Shown here piece after piece: positions 48,443 through 62,339 of a DNA stretch of 64,000 nucleotides. Made by a program: the position numbers and the translations under genes. Each line of letters begins with the position of its first letter. The first letter of the stretch is position 1. The notes under the pieces are model-generated. The model made no database searches. It was given only the letters and a program-made list of their open reading frames with translations, and had not been told where the DNA came from. Source of the stretch: Octopus bimaculoides (Eukaryota); NCBI RefSeq assembly GCF_001194135.2, contig NC_068984.1:137686590-137750589 (forward strand), written 5' to 3'.

Positions 48443-48920
48443 TGAAGAGAAGGAATCAGACGTACAATGGCTCTAAAGCCTTTGAGAACTTCAAGAAACG
48501 TAGCTCACAAGCAAAACCCGTTTACTATGTCTCTTATAAAAAGATACCAGCTAAGTTGCTTGTGCGGAATCCATCAGTCTTTTATCACTTGGATAAGAAG
48601 TTTCGTCAGACCGTTCATCTGTAGTCTGTACCGATGGCTTCCACTCCGATTCTTATTCTATAAATTCTACATATGCTGGGAAAGAGAAGAAATCGGACGT
48701 ACAATGGCTCTAAAGCCCTTGAGAACTTCAAGAAAATAGGTCACAAGCAAAACCTTTTACTGTGTCTCTTATGAAAAGATGCCAGCTAAGTTGCTTGTGC
48801 GGAATCCATCAGTCTTTTATCACTTGGATAAGGAGTTTCGTCAGACCGTTCATCTGTAGTGTGTACCGATGGCTTCCACTCCGATTCTTATTCTATAAAT
48901 TTTACAGATGCTGGGAAAAG
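48443..48920. repeat. Tandem duplication of about 237 bp
   Basis: ACAATGGCTC at 48464 and 48701, with high identity across the unit. Confidence 0.9.
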
Positions 48921-49004
48921 TTTCCACTGTCTATTTTCGATAACTTTTTGTGTAACATTCGGTTTGATATTTGTTTCGATTATACGACAAAAGGCAGCGA
49001 GCCG

Positions 49005-49345
49005 GCAGAATCGTTAGCACGTCAGGCGAAATGCTTAGCTGTGTTTTGTCTGCCGCTACGTTCTGAGTTCAAATTCCACCGAGGTCGACTTTGCCTTTCA
49101 TCCTTTCGGGGTCGATTAAATAAGTACCAGTTACGCACTGGGGTCGTTATAATCGACTTAATCCGTTTGTCTGTCCTTGTTTGTCCCCTCTGTGTTTAGC
49201 CCCCTGTGGGCAGTAAAGAAATAAGAAACGTTAGCACGTCAGACAAAATTTCTCAATGGCATTTCTTCCGGCCCCTAATATTCTGAGTTCAAATTTCACT
49301 GAAGTCGGCTTTGCCTTGCATTCTTTCGAATTCGATAAAATTGCC
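49005..49345 (+). mobile_element. Dimeric GGCGGCGAGCTGG-family SINE
   Basis: Full first monomer, linker, then a decayed second monomer. Confidence 0.75.
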
Positions 49346-50249
49346 GGCCTTTTGCCAAACTTTGAAGCAGATATCACATAAANNNNNNNNNNNNNNNNNN
49401 NNNNNNNNNNNNNNNNNNNNNNNNNNNNNNNNNNNNNNNNNNNNNNNNNNNNNNNNNNNNNNNNNNNNNNNNNNNNNNNNNNNNNNNNNNNNNNNNNNNN
49501 NNNNNNNNNNNNNNNNNNNNNNNNNNNNNNNNNNNNNNNNNNNNNNNNNNNNNNNNNNNNNNNNNNNNNNNNNNNNNNNNNNNNNNNNNNNNNNNNNNNN
49601 NNNNNNNNNNNNNNNNNNNNNNNNNNNNNNNNNNNNNNNNNNNNNNNNNNNNNNNNNNNNNNNNNNNNNNNNNNNNNNNNNNNNNNNNNNNNNNNNNNNN
49701 NNNNNNNNNNNNNNNNNNNNNNNNNNNNNNNNNNNNNNNGTGGGAGGGAAATGATTACATCGACTTCAGTATTTGACTGCTGCTTATTTTATCGATCTCG
49801 AAAGGATGAAAGGCAAAGTCGATCTCGACAGAACTTGAGCTGAAAAAGTAAAGATAGACGAAATAGCTATGCAAATTCAGCGCAGCTTCCCACCTTATGC
49901 TGTTATTTAATTATATGACTGTTAATATTAATACGAAGAAGTTGAAAATTAAAAACCTCGGAATGTTTTATTTATAAATTATCTGTGATTATGAAGTTGA
50001 TATCGAAGTAATTATCCATGCTGTGGTCATTGCTCTTTCTAATCTTTATATTTACATATGATGTTATCATTACTGTTGATGAATATATGCAAAGAGCCAT
50101 TATAATACTAGTTGTAACTAAATAGGCGACGACGATGACGACACTGATGTTGCTGATAGTGTCAACGGTAATTGTTGCTGTTGCTATAGTGATGATGCTA
50201 ACGGTATTGACTATGTTGATGATACTACTGAAGTTTATTATTATTATCA

Positions 50250-50280
<31 letters not shown>

Positions 50281-50284
50281 TAGA

Positions 50285-50386
50285 AGACACCTTGGGGCAA
50301 GTGTCTTCTACAATAGCCTCGGGCCGACCAAAGCCTTGTGAGTGGATTTGGTAGACGGAAACTGAAAGAAGCCCGTCGTATATATG

Positions 50387-50419
<33 letters not shown>

Positions 50420-50627
50420 ATATGTATGTGTGTCTGTGTTTGCCCCCCCCCCAACTTCGCTTGACAACCGATGCTGGTGTGTGTTACGTCCCCGTAACTT
50501 AGCGGTTCGGCAAAAAGAGAACCGATAGAATAAGTACTAGGCTTACAAAGAATAAGTCCTGGGGTCGATTCGCTTGACTAAAGGCGGTGCCCCAGCATGG
50601 CCGCAGTGAAATGACTGAAACAAGTAA
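50285..50627 (+). mobile_element. 5'-truncated GGCTGTGTGG-family SINE inside an (ATT)n microsatellite
   Basis: Family body from ACACCTTGGGCAAG to GACTGAAACAAGTAAAG, with ATT repeats on both flanks. Confidence 0.85.
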
Positions 50628-50649
50628 AGGATTATCATTATTATTATCA

Positions 50650-50680
<31 letters not shown>

Positions 50681-53220
50681 TACTATTATTGTTATTATTA
50701 TTATTACGATGGAATTTGTGAACACATTAAAGGTGAAGTTGATGAATAATATTAATGAGGGTTATAATTTTATGGATTTCACCATTGCCATCATATAATT
50801 ATATAATGGTTATAATTTTAAAGAAATTCGACAACGAAATCGCTATGCAAATTCAACGCCAGACTTTTCTGTATTTTTATTAAGTGGAGAAATGACTAAC
50901 CTCTTCATGTAAAACATTTCTTAAATATTTTAACTTCAAAATCGATAATTCTTAATTGATCTTTTCGAATTCAGCCAATAACCTCCCACTAAACAACCGT
51001 TGCTGATCCTTCCGTTCATGCGTGTTAACTTAAGAATAGTCTTTACGAGATGTCGTTATAAATTTGTATCGGAATCCTCACATTAACATTCTCGTAAATC
51101 TATGATTTATTCTAATTAGCAGTTGTTCCCAAAAACCCTTGCACTCTATTTCCATATTGTTAAACAGCATCTTTTCATACACAATTCTCACAATTGTTCA
51201 CGGGTCCATAATATTAGCTTTCTCCAGGCACTATAAATTATTACTTGAATAATCAATACCTTTTAAAATGTCCGCGAAGTAATCGCTCTGTTGGGTTGTC
51301 AGATAAATTTGTTCGTTTTTATTCCCACTATTTAAAACAAAAAAATAAATGTAGTTAAAAGCTTGATTCCTAACCACATAGTTCCAGGTTCAGTCCCACT
51401 GCGTGGCACCTTGCGTAAGTTTCCTCTACTACATCTTCGGGCCGACATGGGGCCGGCTAATTTTAAACAACCTCAAGTGTAACAGACCGAAACTGTAATG
51501 ATAATTGGAAGCTTGACTGATGAACCACGAATGATCCATCCTGTTTTTATTGTCGTCCGTTAGTTCTTATTCCGGTTTTTTATTTATATATACAAATAGC
51601 GGCGTACATACACCTTTTGCTCACCTTATAAGCATTATCTAAATCCTGTACGACATTTTTCTCCTTTTAATCCCCCATGTACAATCTTCTTTCTTTCCTC
51701 TTTTCTTTTTCTCGCTCCTCCTCTCTCACATTTCTTGGCATTCTCCTACTTTTATCTCTCTACTTTCCTTCGTTATCTCCCTTGTACCTTTCCCTCTGTC
51801 CCTTCCTTTCTCTCTCTCTCCCTCCCCCCTCTGTTTCTCTGTCTGTCTGTCTGTCTCTCTCTCTCACTCTCTCTCCTTCTAGTTCCTTCCCTAATTCTTC
51901 AATTCATCTGCCCCTACTCTCTTTGTTCCTTCCACGTGGCCGGTGCTCGGCCAAGTATAATCTTTCTTTCTCGGTCTGACCACTGCCCGTACAACGCTTT
52001 ATTTTCCTGTCTCCTGACTTTCATCTATGTTTTGCCTCAAGGCTTTCACTCCACACCTCAGCTCAGCTCAGCTTACCTTGTCCTTATTAGTCGAAAGACA
52101 CCTGTTGTTATTCTCTTCTTGTTTGTATTTGTAATCGTGTAACATTTTCTCCGTTTTCTCGTTTTTATTTGTCTGTGTTGTAGTACACAATCGCTTGCTT
52201 TCTTCCCAAATTTAATGCTCTTAGCTTAGATTTTTGAGGCCTCCAATTTTGAACAGTCTCAAGTGTAATAGACCGACACTGTAATGATAATTGGAAGCTT
52301 GACTGATGAACAGAGGGCTACGAATAATCATTCCTGGTTTTTCCTGTCCGTTTTTGTATCGTGTATCTGTCCGTATGTTTTAATTGTCGTCCGTTACGTT
52401 CTTGTTCCGTTTTTTTTTTTTGGGGGGGGGGATATATATATATAATATAAGTATAGTCGTAATTAAAGCATAAATTGCGAATACCCACCTTAATAATTTA
52501 TGTGTGTGTTTGTGTCTATTGTCCACCACCGTGTGACAACCGGTTTTGATTTGTCTACGTTCCTGTAATCTAGCAGTTCGACAAAAAAAAAAAAAACTCA
52601 AAAAACTTTAGAATAAGTACTAGGCTTAAAAAAAGAAAAAAAAAATACTAACAAAACTTAACGAAAACGAACGAATTTATTTGACAAAGCACGTAATTTA
52701 TTTCAGTGAGTGGTTTTCGAAATACTTGGCAATCCTGAAGAATATCTACATATTAAAGTGAACAAAGAACTGAAATTTTGTGGTTCTTAAATTTTATTAG
52801 GTTTGAACTTAAGTTTGGAGCTTTGTAGACTAAAGCTGACGATGGGAAAATATTTTCATAGATTTGGCACTTGATGTCGAGAACTATTATTGAAAATTGC
52901 CACCACATTCCTTAATGCATTAAACTGAGAATATGTTTAAGAATACATTGCTTGGAAACACAGTGAAGCAAGTTAAAATAGTTTGCAAACTAAAATCTAA
53001 CCATATTTGGCATGTATGATAGAGTTAAAGTTGAAAACAAGAACTGATATGAAAAAAGAAAAACAATTCTCTTTAGTATGTATTAGTAAATGGTGTACCA
53101 AAAGTCTATCAAGTACTAAAGAGAAACTGGACAAATTCAAGCTAATCTCTGAGAATTTGCAGATTTTCGATGTGTTTTATCAAATTTGATTAACACCAAA
53201 AGAAAGCGAGAAAGACCGAG

Positions 53221-53257
<37 letters not shown>

Positions 53258-55487
53258 NNNNNNNNNNNNNNNNNNNNNNNNNNNNNNNNNNNNNNNNNNN
53301 NNNNNNNNNNNNNNNNNNNNNNNNNNNNNNNNNNNNNNNNNNNNNNNNNNNNNNNNNNNNNNNNNGGGGGGGAGGGAGAGGGAGAGAGGCAGGCAGAGAG
53401 ACTAAGAGAAAGAAAGAGCGCAGGAGAAAGGAACATTTACTGACAAACAGGCATTGACTTCTACCACGCAGATATATCATCTCATCTCACTGCCACTTCT
53501 ACATTGGTCTCTGCTAATCTGAATTAGCTGGTTGCACACAAACAGATTCACACATCTATATTCCTTTGGTCACACTAATAGTTTCTTCCCTTTTAAGACC
53601 TCCATCACCAAAGACTTATTGCAAGTCATTCCTTCTGACAATTATCATACTAACGTCTGGAATTCTTTCATTACACCCAGGTTCATCCAATTTTTGTTTA
53701 CTGTAAAGTCAAGGAGGAAAGGAAAGCGAGCAGAAACCTTAATTTCTATCGAAGTTTTCGAAACTGATCGGTGGAAGGGAGAAAATTATCCTTAAATCGG
53801 AGACTTCAGATGGCAGTGTCAGACTAACTGGTGGAGGAAGTCCACTACCCCAAATCTCAGAAATATTACAAATCATCATCTCTTCTGAAGTTTTAACAAT
53901 CCCGTCAAACCACCGTCATAGATTGATATTTTATTTTATCAACCCCGAATTGATAAAAGGTAAAATTGACTGCAGTGAGATTTGAACTCAGCCGTAACAA
54001 ATGAGAGTACTATCTTGAGTGGAAGGTCTCATAGAGCTGGCTACCCGGTTTCAATGCGGTTTAATTGACCGTGACAACTTATATGGGACGCCGGTCCGTC
54101 TCAGTGAACTGGAGAAATGTGAAATAAAGTGCTTTGCTCAAGAGCACAACACACCGCCGGGTCTGGGAATATTTTGTCTCATGCTCTAAGGCCTCTATCA
54201 ATTCGCCACACTACAGCCAGACACCGAAGTACAGCAGTTGATATGAAACATCGAACTTATTCTGTTACTGCTCTTTCTCCGCTCACTTATCCATGAATAA
54301 AAAAATATATATTTAAGCCATACTTACAACATAAAGAACTCAGACAGCCAGCCTCAGTGACAGCTCCTGAAAAATAATAGAAAAACAAACATATTATTGT
54401 CATGTCTTTTTTTGTTTTACTAAACGTATCATGCTTATATGGTTATCTTTTATCTTTCATCGTTTACTTGTTTCAGTTATGCTGAGATATCGTCTTGAAG
54501 AATTTTACTTGAACAAAGTCGACCCCCAACACTTATCTGTTTCTATCATTCTCTTTTGCCGAACCACTAAGTTACGCGGGCGTAAACAAACCAATACCAG
54601 TTTGTGAAGTGGTGTAGGGGAGACAAATACAAAGAAGTATATGCATATGTACTTACTCTCACACATACACAGACACAAACACGCACACATACAGTTTCCG
54701 TTTACCATATTCATCCACAAGGCATCGGTCGACTCAGGGGCTATTATAATATTATAATAGCTTCCTTCAGTAATATCCAGTCATTTTAAAGCTTTTATAA
54801 ATCCCCCCCTCTCTCTCTCTCTCTCTCTTTCGCTCACTTTTACACACAAAATCCAGACATATATATTATAATAATTAAAATGATTCGTTATAGATGGCCA
54901 AATGTTTCGCTCATGCACTTTCAAATGAATGAAAAATTTGGGGTGGTCGATGGAATTCGTACTTAACTAAGGAGACGAACTATTTGGTATCATAAACATA
55001 GATCACGCAAATTTATTTTGAAAGGAAGAGGAGTATATACGAGAGAGAAAGTTTTATGAGTTAGAGAAGGTTGGAGAAAACTAGAAGCACAGGGACACAC
55101 ATAGAGATATATATAAGAATTTAGGCATACAAGACACTACGGAAGAAATTTATTTCCCAGTAAATCAAATGAAATGACCTTGTATAAATTTCAACTTCTC
55201 ACACAGATGATGTGTTGGTGTAGCTGTATTCTATTGAAGTGAATATAGTGAATATAGTAAATATTTCTTGCGGGCCAACGGTGGGATAAAATGCAATGTC
55301 GAAGCTGACTGGAAGGATTTAAACTCCGTCAGTAATCAACGAAATTAATTACTGCTCAGTGCGTTACCATCAGTACCACCTTTACAGACCTGATGTTATC
55401 ACAATTTATTATAGCGGTTTCAGACTTTGGTATAAAGCCAGAAATTTTAGGGAGTGCGGTTAATTGCATGTTTATGGTTAAGTCTGT

Positions 55488-55862
55488 AGAGGTGCAATGG
55501 CCCAGCGGTTAGGGCAGCGGACTCGCGGTCATAGGATCGCTGTTTCGATTCCCAGACTGGGCGTTGTGAGTGTTTATTGAGCGAAAACACCTAAAGCTCC
55601 ACGAGGCTCCGGTAGGGGATGGTGGCGAACCCTGCTGTACTCTTTCACCACAACTTTCTCTCACTCTTACTTCCTGTTTCTGTTATGCTTGTAATTCAAA
55701 GGGTCAGCCTTGTCACAGTGTCACGCTGAATATCCTCGAGAACTACGTTAAGGGTACACGTGTCTGTGGAGTGCTCAGCCACTTGCACGTTAATTTCACG
55801 AGCAGGCTGTTCTGTTGATCGGGTCAATTGGAACCCTCGTCGTAGTAACCAACGGAGTACCA
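55488..55862 (+). mobile_element. GGAGGCGCAATGGCCC-family SINE
   Basis: Close match to the 22821 copy. Confidence 0.85.
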
Positions 55863-57409
55863 GTAATTGGCAAAACCTTTAGGACTTTCCGAACTTGAGA
55901 CGCTTTTGAGATAGACACTTAAACGCACACTGACGCAAATAATCAAACACATAGACGCAGTGGATGGCAGAACCGATAGAGCACTGGACAAAATGCCTCA
56001 GAACAAAATATCTGATGCCTTGAGTTCAATTCCTAGTGAAGTCGACTTTGCCATTCACCAGTTTGCGGTTGATAAATTAAGCGTTAAATGGTCTTAATTG
56101 ACTTTAGTCCTTCCATAAAACCCACAGCTTTATATTAGTATTAGGTAAATGCTGTGTCCAAGTGGTTAGAGACTTCAGCTCACGATCATAATATAGTGGG
56201 TTCAATTCCGGAACTAGGAGCATTTTGTGTCCTTGAGCAAGTCACTTCAGTTCACGTTACAGTTTACTCAGCTGAGAATGAGTACCACCCTTTGACCCCA
56301 TTCTCATATCGTGGATTGTGACAGTTGGATCAAAGCGTTTGAGGGAGGCGAGATGTCTATATCTGTAGATGACAGAATCAATAAAGCACTGGACAAAATA
56401 CTTAAGAACAAAACGTCTTGAGTTCAATTCCTGCCGAATGCCGATTTTGCCTCTCATCCGTCTGGGGTTGATAAAATAAGCACTGGATTGATTTAATCGA
56501 CTTTAGCCCTTCCGCAAAACGTATAGCTTAGTGTTTATATTAAATAGAAAAATCAATTATACATTAAACAATAATACATAAACTGAACAAAACCAGCGGC
56601 AGTTTGTCCATTGATAGTTGGATATATTGGATGTGAGGAACAATGGCAGATGTGAACAATACTGTACAATAAAGCTGAACATATCTAAAATGAAATATAA
56701 GCTTTGACTTGGTGATGCTGATGGCATGAACGTGCTCATAAACGATTTGACAATGAATTGGTAAATAAAGTAAAATATTACAAGATCAACACTGCGAGAA
56801 AAAGAATCGGATATTTTAAAAGAATAAACGAAACCGTTGTTGTTTTAGAATTGTAAAGTCAAATTCCTGTCAATGAACAACTTATGATATATGTATGCCA
56901 ATATATTCTGTATTATTACATAACAACACACACACACACACACACACGCTTATCTATCATTCTATCTATCTATCCATCTATCTATCTATCTATCTATCTA
57001 TATTACACAAATTATGACTGTAAATTATAAAAGATTTTAAATGTATAGGTTGTACGTGTTTCTCTTATCATCCGTGCTAAACCAATCTATCGGTGTTTAG
57101 TTCGATCTCTATTCAATTATATACTTTTCTTATTTACTCTTGAGAGATGAAACGTAACTTTGACCGCAGCGGAATTTCAGCTCGTAATGTTAGAAGTTCG
57201 GAACTAACTACTATAGTGTATTTAAGCACTTCTGTTTACTCTTTCAATATTATCTTTCTAAAAAGCGAAATACTGTGAAAAAATTCGAAAAAAAAGAAAA
57301 AAAAAGAAGACCACCAAAAAACAATGTGATACGTTTGAAGATATCTAATTTTAATCAATTACAAATTAAGTTGTTCTAAACTGTAATAGATTATAGCTTT
57401 TATTCAATG

Positions 57410-57900
57410 CAATAGATTAACGTTAATCTTTCGCTTTTGGATTTGATTTGCAAGATTATTGATGTGAACTCGTGTGTCGAACCAGATTTTGTTGTATCTC
57501 GGGAGGTTCATTATGTCAATAATACACATTCGCACTGGTTCTATATTAATTTTTTAAATTTTTATTAGCCAATTGGTTAACTGTTTGACTAATTAACGAA
57601 TCAAACGTTTGATTAATCAGAAAGTTAATCAACCAATGAGTTAAGTTTGCCAAAGTTCTTTCGTTGCCATTAGCTTCAATGATATGACATCTCTACTCCA
57701 GGTAAGTTTTGACGAGGTCGCGAATGGGAAGAAGAAGACAGACAAGAATAACTTATTGATTAATCAAGTAATGAAACAATCGATTAGTTAATTGGTTAAA
57801 TTGTTTACTAATTGACGAATAATAAAGAAGTGAAGTAAAACAGGTGTGTGTGTTTATTATTGGCATAATGACCCACCCGTGATATAACAAAATTAATATG
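57410..57900. mobile_element. Element with internal inverted repeats (MITE-like or Penelope-derived)
   Basis: Inverted repeat of about 41 bp (57488-57527 versus 57850-57891) plus internal duplicated TTGGTTAA..TGTTT.ACTAATT.ACGAAT blocks. Confidence 0.5.
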
Positions 57901-58343
57901 AAATCATATGATAAAAATGTATTATTTCTCACTGAAAAGTTTACGAATTTATTTCTACTGCTTCAAACGGCATACAGTTTTATAGACTTATATAACTAAA
58001 TTAAAACAAACAAACAACAAAAAAAATCAAACTGTATATAAATACCCATATTTTTGAAAATATAACGTAAACATTCCGCTAATTGGATTATTAATAAAAG
58101 GTTAAAACAAGTAGAGTTCTGTTTGACGTGTTGCTTTACCTTCCCGCCATTCATTCATGTAACTCAAAAATATTTGAATCAATATTAAAAGAGAGAAAAA
58201 AAATATATGATCGAAATGACATGAAAAAACAAAAAGGTAAAAATAATGTCGCATATGTTGTCAGTATTGGAATGAATTTCTTCCTATTATTATAAACATA
58301 ATCACAGTCTCAGATATCTTAAAAGAAATTATGATGCTGTGCG

Positions 58344-58723
58344 TTTGTTGTTGGCACTCCGTCGCTTACGACGTCGAGGGTTCCAGTTGATCCGATCAAC
58401 GGAACAGCCTGCTCGTGAAATTAACGTGCAAGTGGCTGAGCACTCCACAGACACGTGTACCCTTAACGTAGTTCTCTGGGATATTCAGCGTGACACAGTG
58501 TGAGAAGTCTGACCCTTTGAATTACAGGCACAACAGAAACAGGAAGTAAGAGAAAGTTGTGGTGAAAGAGTACAGCAGGGTTCGCCACCATCCCCTGCCG
58601 GAGCCTCGTGGAGCTTTTAGCTATTTTCGCTCAATAAACACCCACAACGCCCGGTCTGGGAATCGAAACCGCGATCCTACGACCGCTAGTCCGCTGCCCT
58701 AACCGCTGGGCCATTGCGCCTCC
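58344..58723 (-). mobile_element. GGAGGCGCAATGGCCC-family SINE, full length
   Basis: Reverse complement of the 22821 and 55488 copies, with a (CAA)n tail. Confidence 0.9.
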
Positions 58724-59074
58724 ACGCAGCGCGTTTATATGACTATGAACATAATTGTATTACGTTTCATCTTTCTCCGCAGACCATTGGTCCTTTGAAC
58801 AGGGTAAAGTTACATGATTAATATTTAATATTCTTAAACTCACTTCCTTGTTTGTGATTCCCTCACATCACCGCAGCAACCTTTTGATATCGTAATATCC
58901 CCACTTTCACACGGAGGGGCAGTGCAACGAAACATTACATACTACAATCTTTACGATAAATAAATGTCATCAATCTTCCAGCTTTTATATTGACTGACTT
59001 TTTCCGCAGCTGACCATCACCAGTTAACCATATATTTTAGGTTTTGCCTTATTTCAGTTGTATATTTAAGTATA

Positions 59075-59945
59075 GCGGCGAGCTGGTAGAATCGTTACCG
59101 TGCCGGGAAAAATGCTTAGCGGCATTTCGTCTATCATTACATTCGAAGTTCAAATGCCGTCGCCGAGATCGACTTTACCTTTCATCCTTTCATGGTCGAT
59201 AAAATAAGTGCCAGTTGATTAGTAGGAGTGTGGGTTAATGTAATCGACTTACCCACTCCATCGAAATTTGTGGCTTTGTCAAAATTTCAAACCAATATCA
59301 TAATATCAAAGTATGGAAAGCAGTGAGCTGGCAGAAACGTTAGCATGCCGGGCAAAATGTTTAGCGGCATTTCGTCCGCCTTTACGTTCTCAGTTCAGAC
59401 TTTGTCTTTCATCCTTTCGGGGTCGATAAAATAAGTAGCGGCTGAGTAATGGAGTCGATGTAATAGACTAACCCCACCTCGCCCGAAATTGTTGGCCTTT
59501 GCCAAAATTTGAAATCAAAGTATGAGGCAGCGATCTGGTAGAATTCTTAACACACCGGACAAAATGCTTAACGTAATTTCGTCCGCCTTTACGTTCTCAG
59601 TTCAAATTCCGCTGAGGTCGACTTTGTCTTTTATCCTTCCGGGGTCGATAAAATAAATACCGGCTGAGTACTGGAGTTGATGTAATCGCCCGAAATTGTT
59701 AGCCTTTGTTAAAATTTGAAATTCTTTAATACGAGTCAGCGATCTGGCAGAATTGTTAACATACCGGACAAAATGCTTAGCATCATGTCTTTCGACTTTA
59801 CGTTCTGAGTTCAAATGCCGCCGGAATCGACTTTGCTTTTCATCCTTTCGGGGACGATAAAATAAGGACCAGTTGAGCACTGGGGACGATGTATTTCCTT
59901 CCCCGAAATTCATGTCTTGGGCCAAAATTTGAAACGAATATTCAT
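59075..59945 (+). mobile_element. Head-to-tail array of four diverged GGCGGCGAGCTGG-family SINEs
   Basis: Heads at about 59075, 59320, 59527 and 59736; tails end in CAAAATTT(G/C)AAA. Confidence 0.8.
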
Positions 59946-62339
59946 AATTTTAAATTGGTTTTTGTTGCTTTATTCTTTCTCTACAGCTTTTGGTTGCTGG
60001 TTTTGAAATAAATTTTACCTCTTTTTCAGTCATATGACGATGGAGTGCCAAGTAGAAACACCGAACATCTTATTTGACAACCTAGTATTTGAATGAAGAG
60101 ATATTTTAATGATGCTCTATTTTATTGCTGAATTCGCAATAGTTTATAGAGAACCTATGGCTAAATATTTTAGTCAACCAGCGAACCGGTGGTAAAATTC
60201 TGTTTAGCTAAACTAATTGGTTGTTAAGATACTGGCAACATACCATGTCCTATAGCAAGCTTCAGTATAATGGAATAGTTGTCAAGTTGTGGGTAGTGAT
60301 TCAGCAACACACACAAGTGTCACCTGTAAACAGGTGTTTGCTCACTGAAGCATGATTAATTAAGAATATGAACTACAACAAATATATTAACTGTATGAAG
60401 TAGAATGTAACAGACGAATGTTTTACTATGATAGCACTTTAAGCAAATGGATTTAGTGAATTTGGTAGATATATTTATTTTGTTATATTTATATGTAAAT
60501 GTGGAGGTCATATATTCATATATAAGAGAAGAGAAACGTAAATTTGTTACAGTCATGGTTTTAATAAAAGTATTAATGAACATAAGTGAAACAATTTCGC
60601 AATAGGAAACAAAGCCATATCATCAATTTACCAAAGCCTCCCCCACTCTCTCTCTCTTTATGACTTTTATCCAAATGCGTGCACACTTACAATAATATTC
60701 AAATTTGTAAGCTGATATATCTAACCTCAACAAATCTCCAGATGATTAATCGATCTGGATGCTTAGATTATTGTCAGCATGTCATAAGGAAATTAAAAGG
60801 TTACCTATAGAGCAGCCTCAGTTTGTATGTTCTTGTTGTAACTCTGATTAACCCTGATTGCGATAATTCACTGTGATACTTATGTTACATGTAATAATAT
60901 AATGTATAAATGACATTGGACTGCTTAATGCCATCACTTAATTGAAGACCTGTGTAGAAAATATTAGCGTCCAGTTAGTCTGTATGCGAATTAATTTTCT
61001 AATTTCTCTAGCAAATTGAATCGTAAGAGAAATATTTTATAATATGATTTTGAAGCCAGTAGATGGTTTATAAGTATATGAACGTATATTCATATGTTAA
61101 AAATAATTTAATATGCTATTCTCGGATATCTCTCACTGCTGGTTTATCACTAACCAAATATGGTGAACTGTAGATGAATCATTACTGTAATTATCAAAAT
61201 AAACTGAAATTTTCGAGACTATTGAGGAAAATTCCCTTTTTTATCCTCGAGAAGGATTAAATTATTTGGATCACAGTTAGTTGTTTGGACACACAGACGT
61301 ATAATATGTAAAATATTTATTAAAAGCTGAAACAGCGTGAGTAGCTACCTGGAGTTTCTCCTTCCCGGTCATCATTAGAAGACTAGAAAGAAAAAAAACC
61401 CGAGTAGCAACACAACCATGAATAACTAATATTTCATTCTGCTTAATGGTATTGAGTAATTATTTTTTTCCACTTAATTGTAGTTAACACCAGAGCTAAA
61501 CCACCATATACTATACCATACACACATACATACATACTTACATACACATATATAAACAATAAAACCAACAATACTCTTCAAAATGTATCGATGCTGAAAA
61601 AGGTTGCTAGTATGAATTGGATTCTACAAAAATCATACACTTAGAAGAACTAAAAGAGAAACACAATAATTGAAAAGAAAATTAATTGTTGAAGAGAATA
61701 TTAACAAATGTCTCATCATATTCCATGACAATAGAACCAACAGTAAGAAAGTGTGGGTGACCTAACTAGAAATTCTCTTACCTTGCCCTAAGCTTCAAAA
61801 TTTCATTTTAATCAAAGAGTGTTTCTAAACAAAGAATATTTTTATCCGTGTATTTGGAAACCTAATTTATGCAAGAACTTGTTCAGGATATGAAAAGTAT
61901 TATATAGGACAAAGAAGAATGACATTAAAAAAACGAATTGTACTGTATAGATAGCAAGTTCGATTGCGTCGTTAAATATTCAAATACAAATTTTCCCTTT
62001 ATAGCAATGTAGTGACAGAATATCTGAACAGTAGCGGATAAACAAGGGGATCCATTCAATAAAAATATCAACAGTGCTTAAATGTGCATATGTAATTAAT
62101 CAATTAATTAACATTAATATTTATTACTATTATTAATTGAAGAATATGAATATTCCACTTATTGACTCCCATATTACTGTTAATAACAATAAATTATTAC
62201 CTCTCCATCGGTAGTTACTTATGAAATCTCGAAAATTCGTTTTTAATTACAAAGTTGAGAACATTATTAAAAATGTGAAACCGGTAGATTACTAAAACAT
62301 TTCGATTTTGTCAGGCTTTCTACAAATATGTTCTTATTT

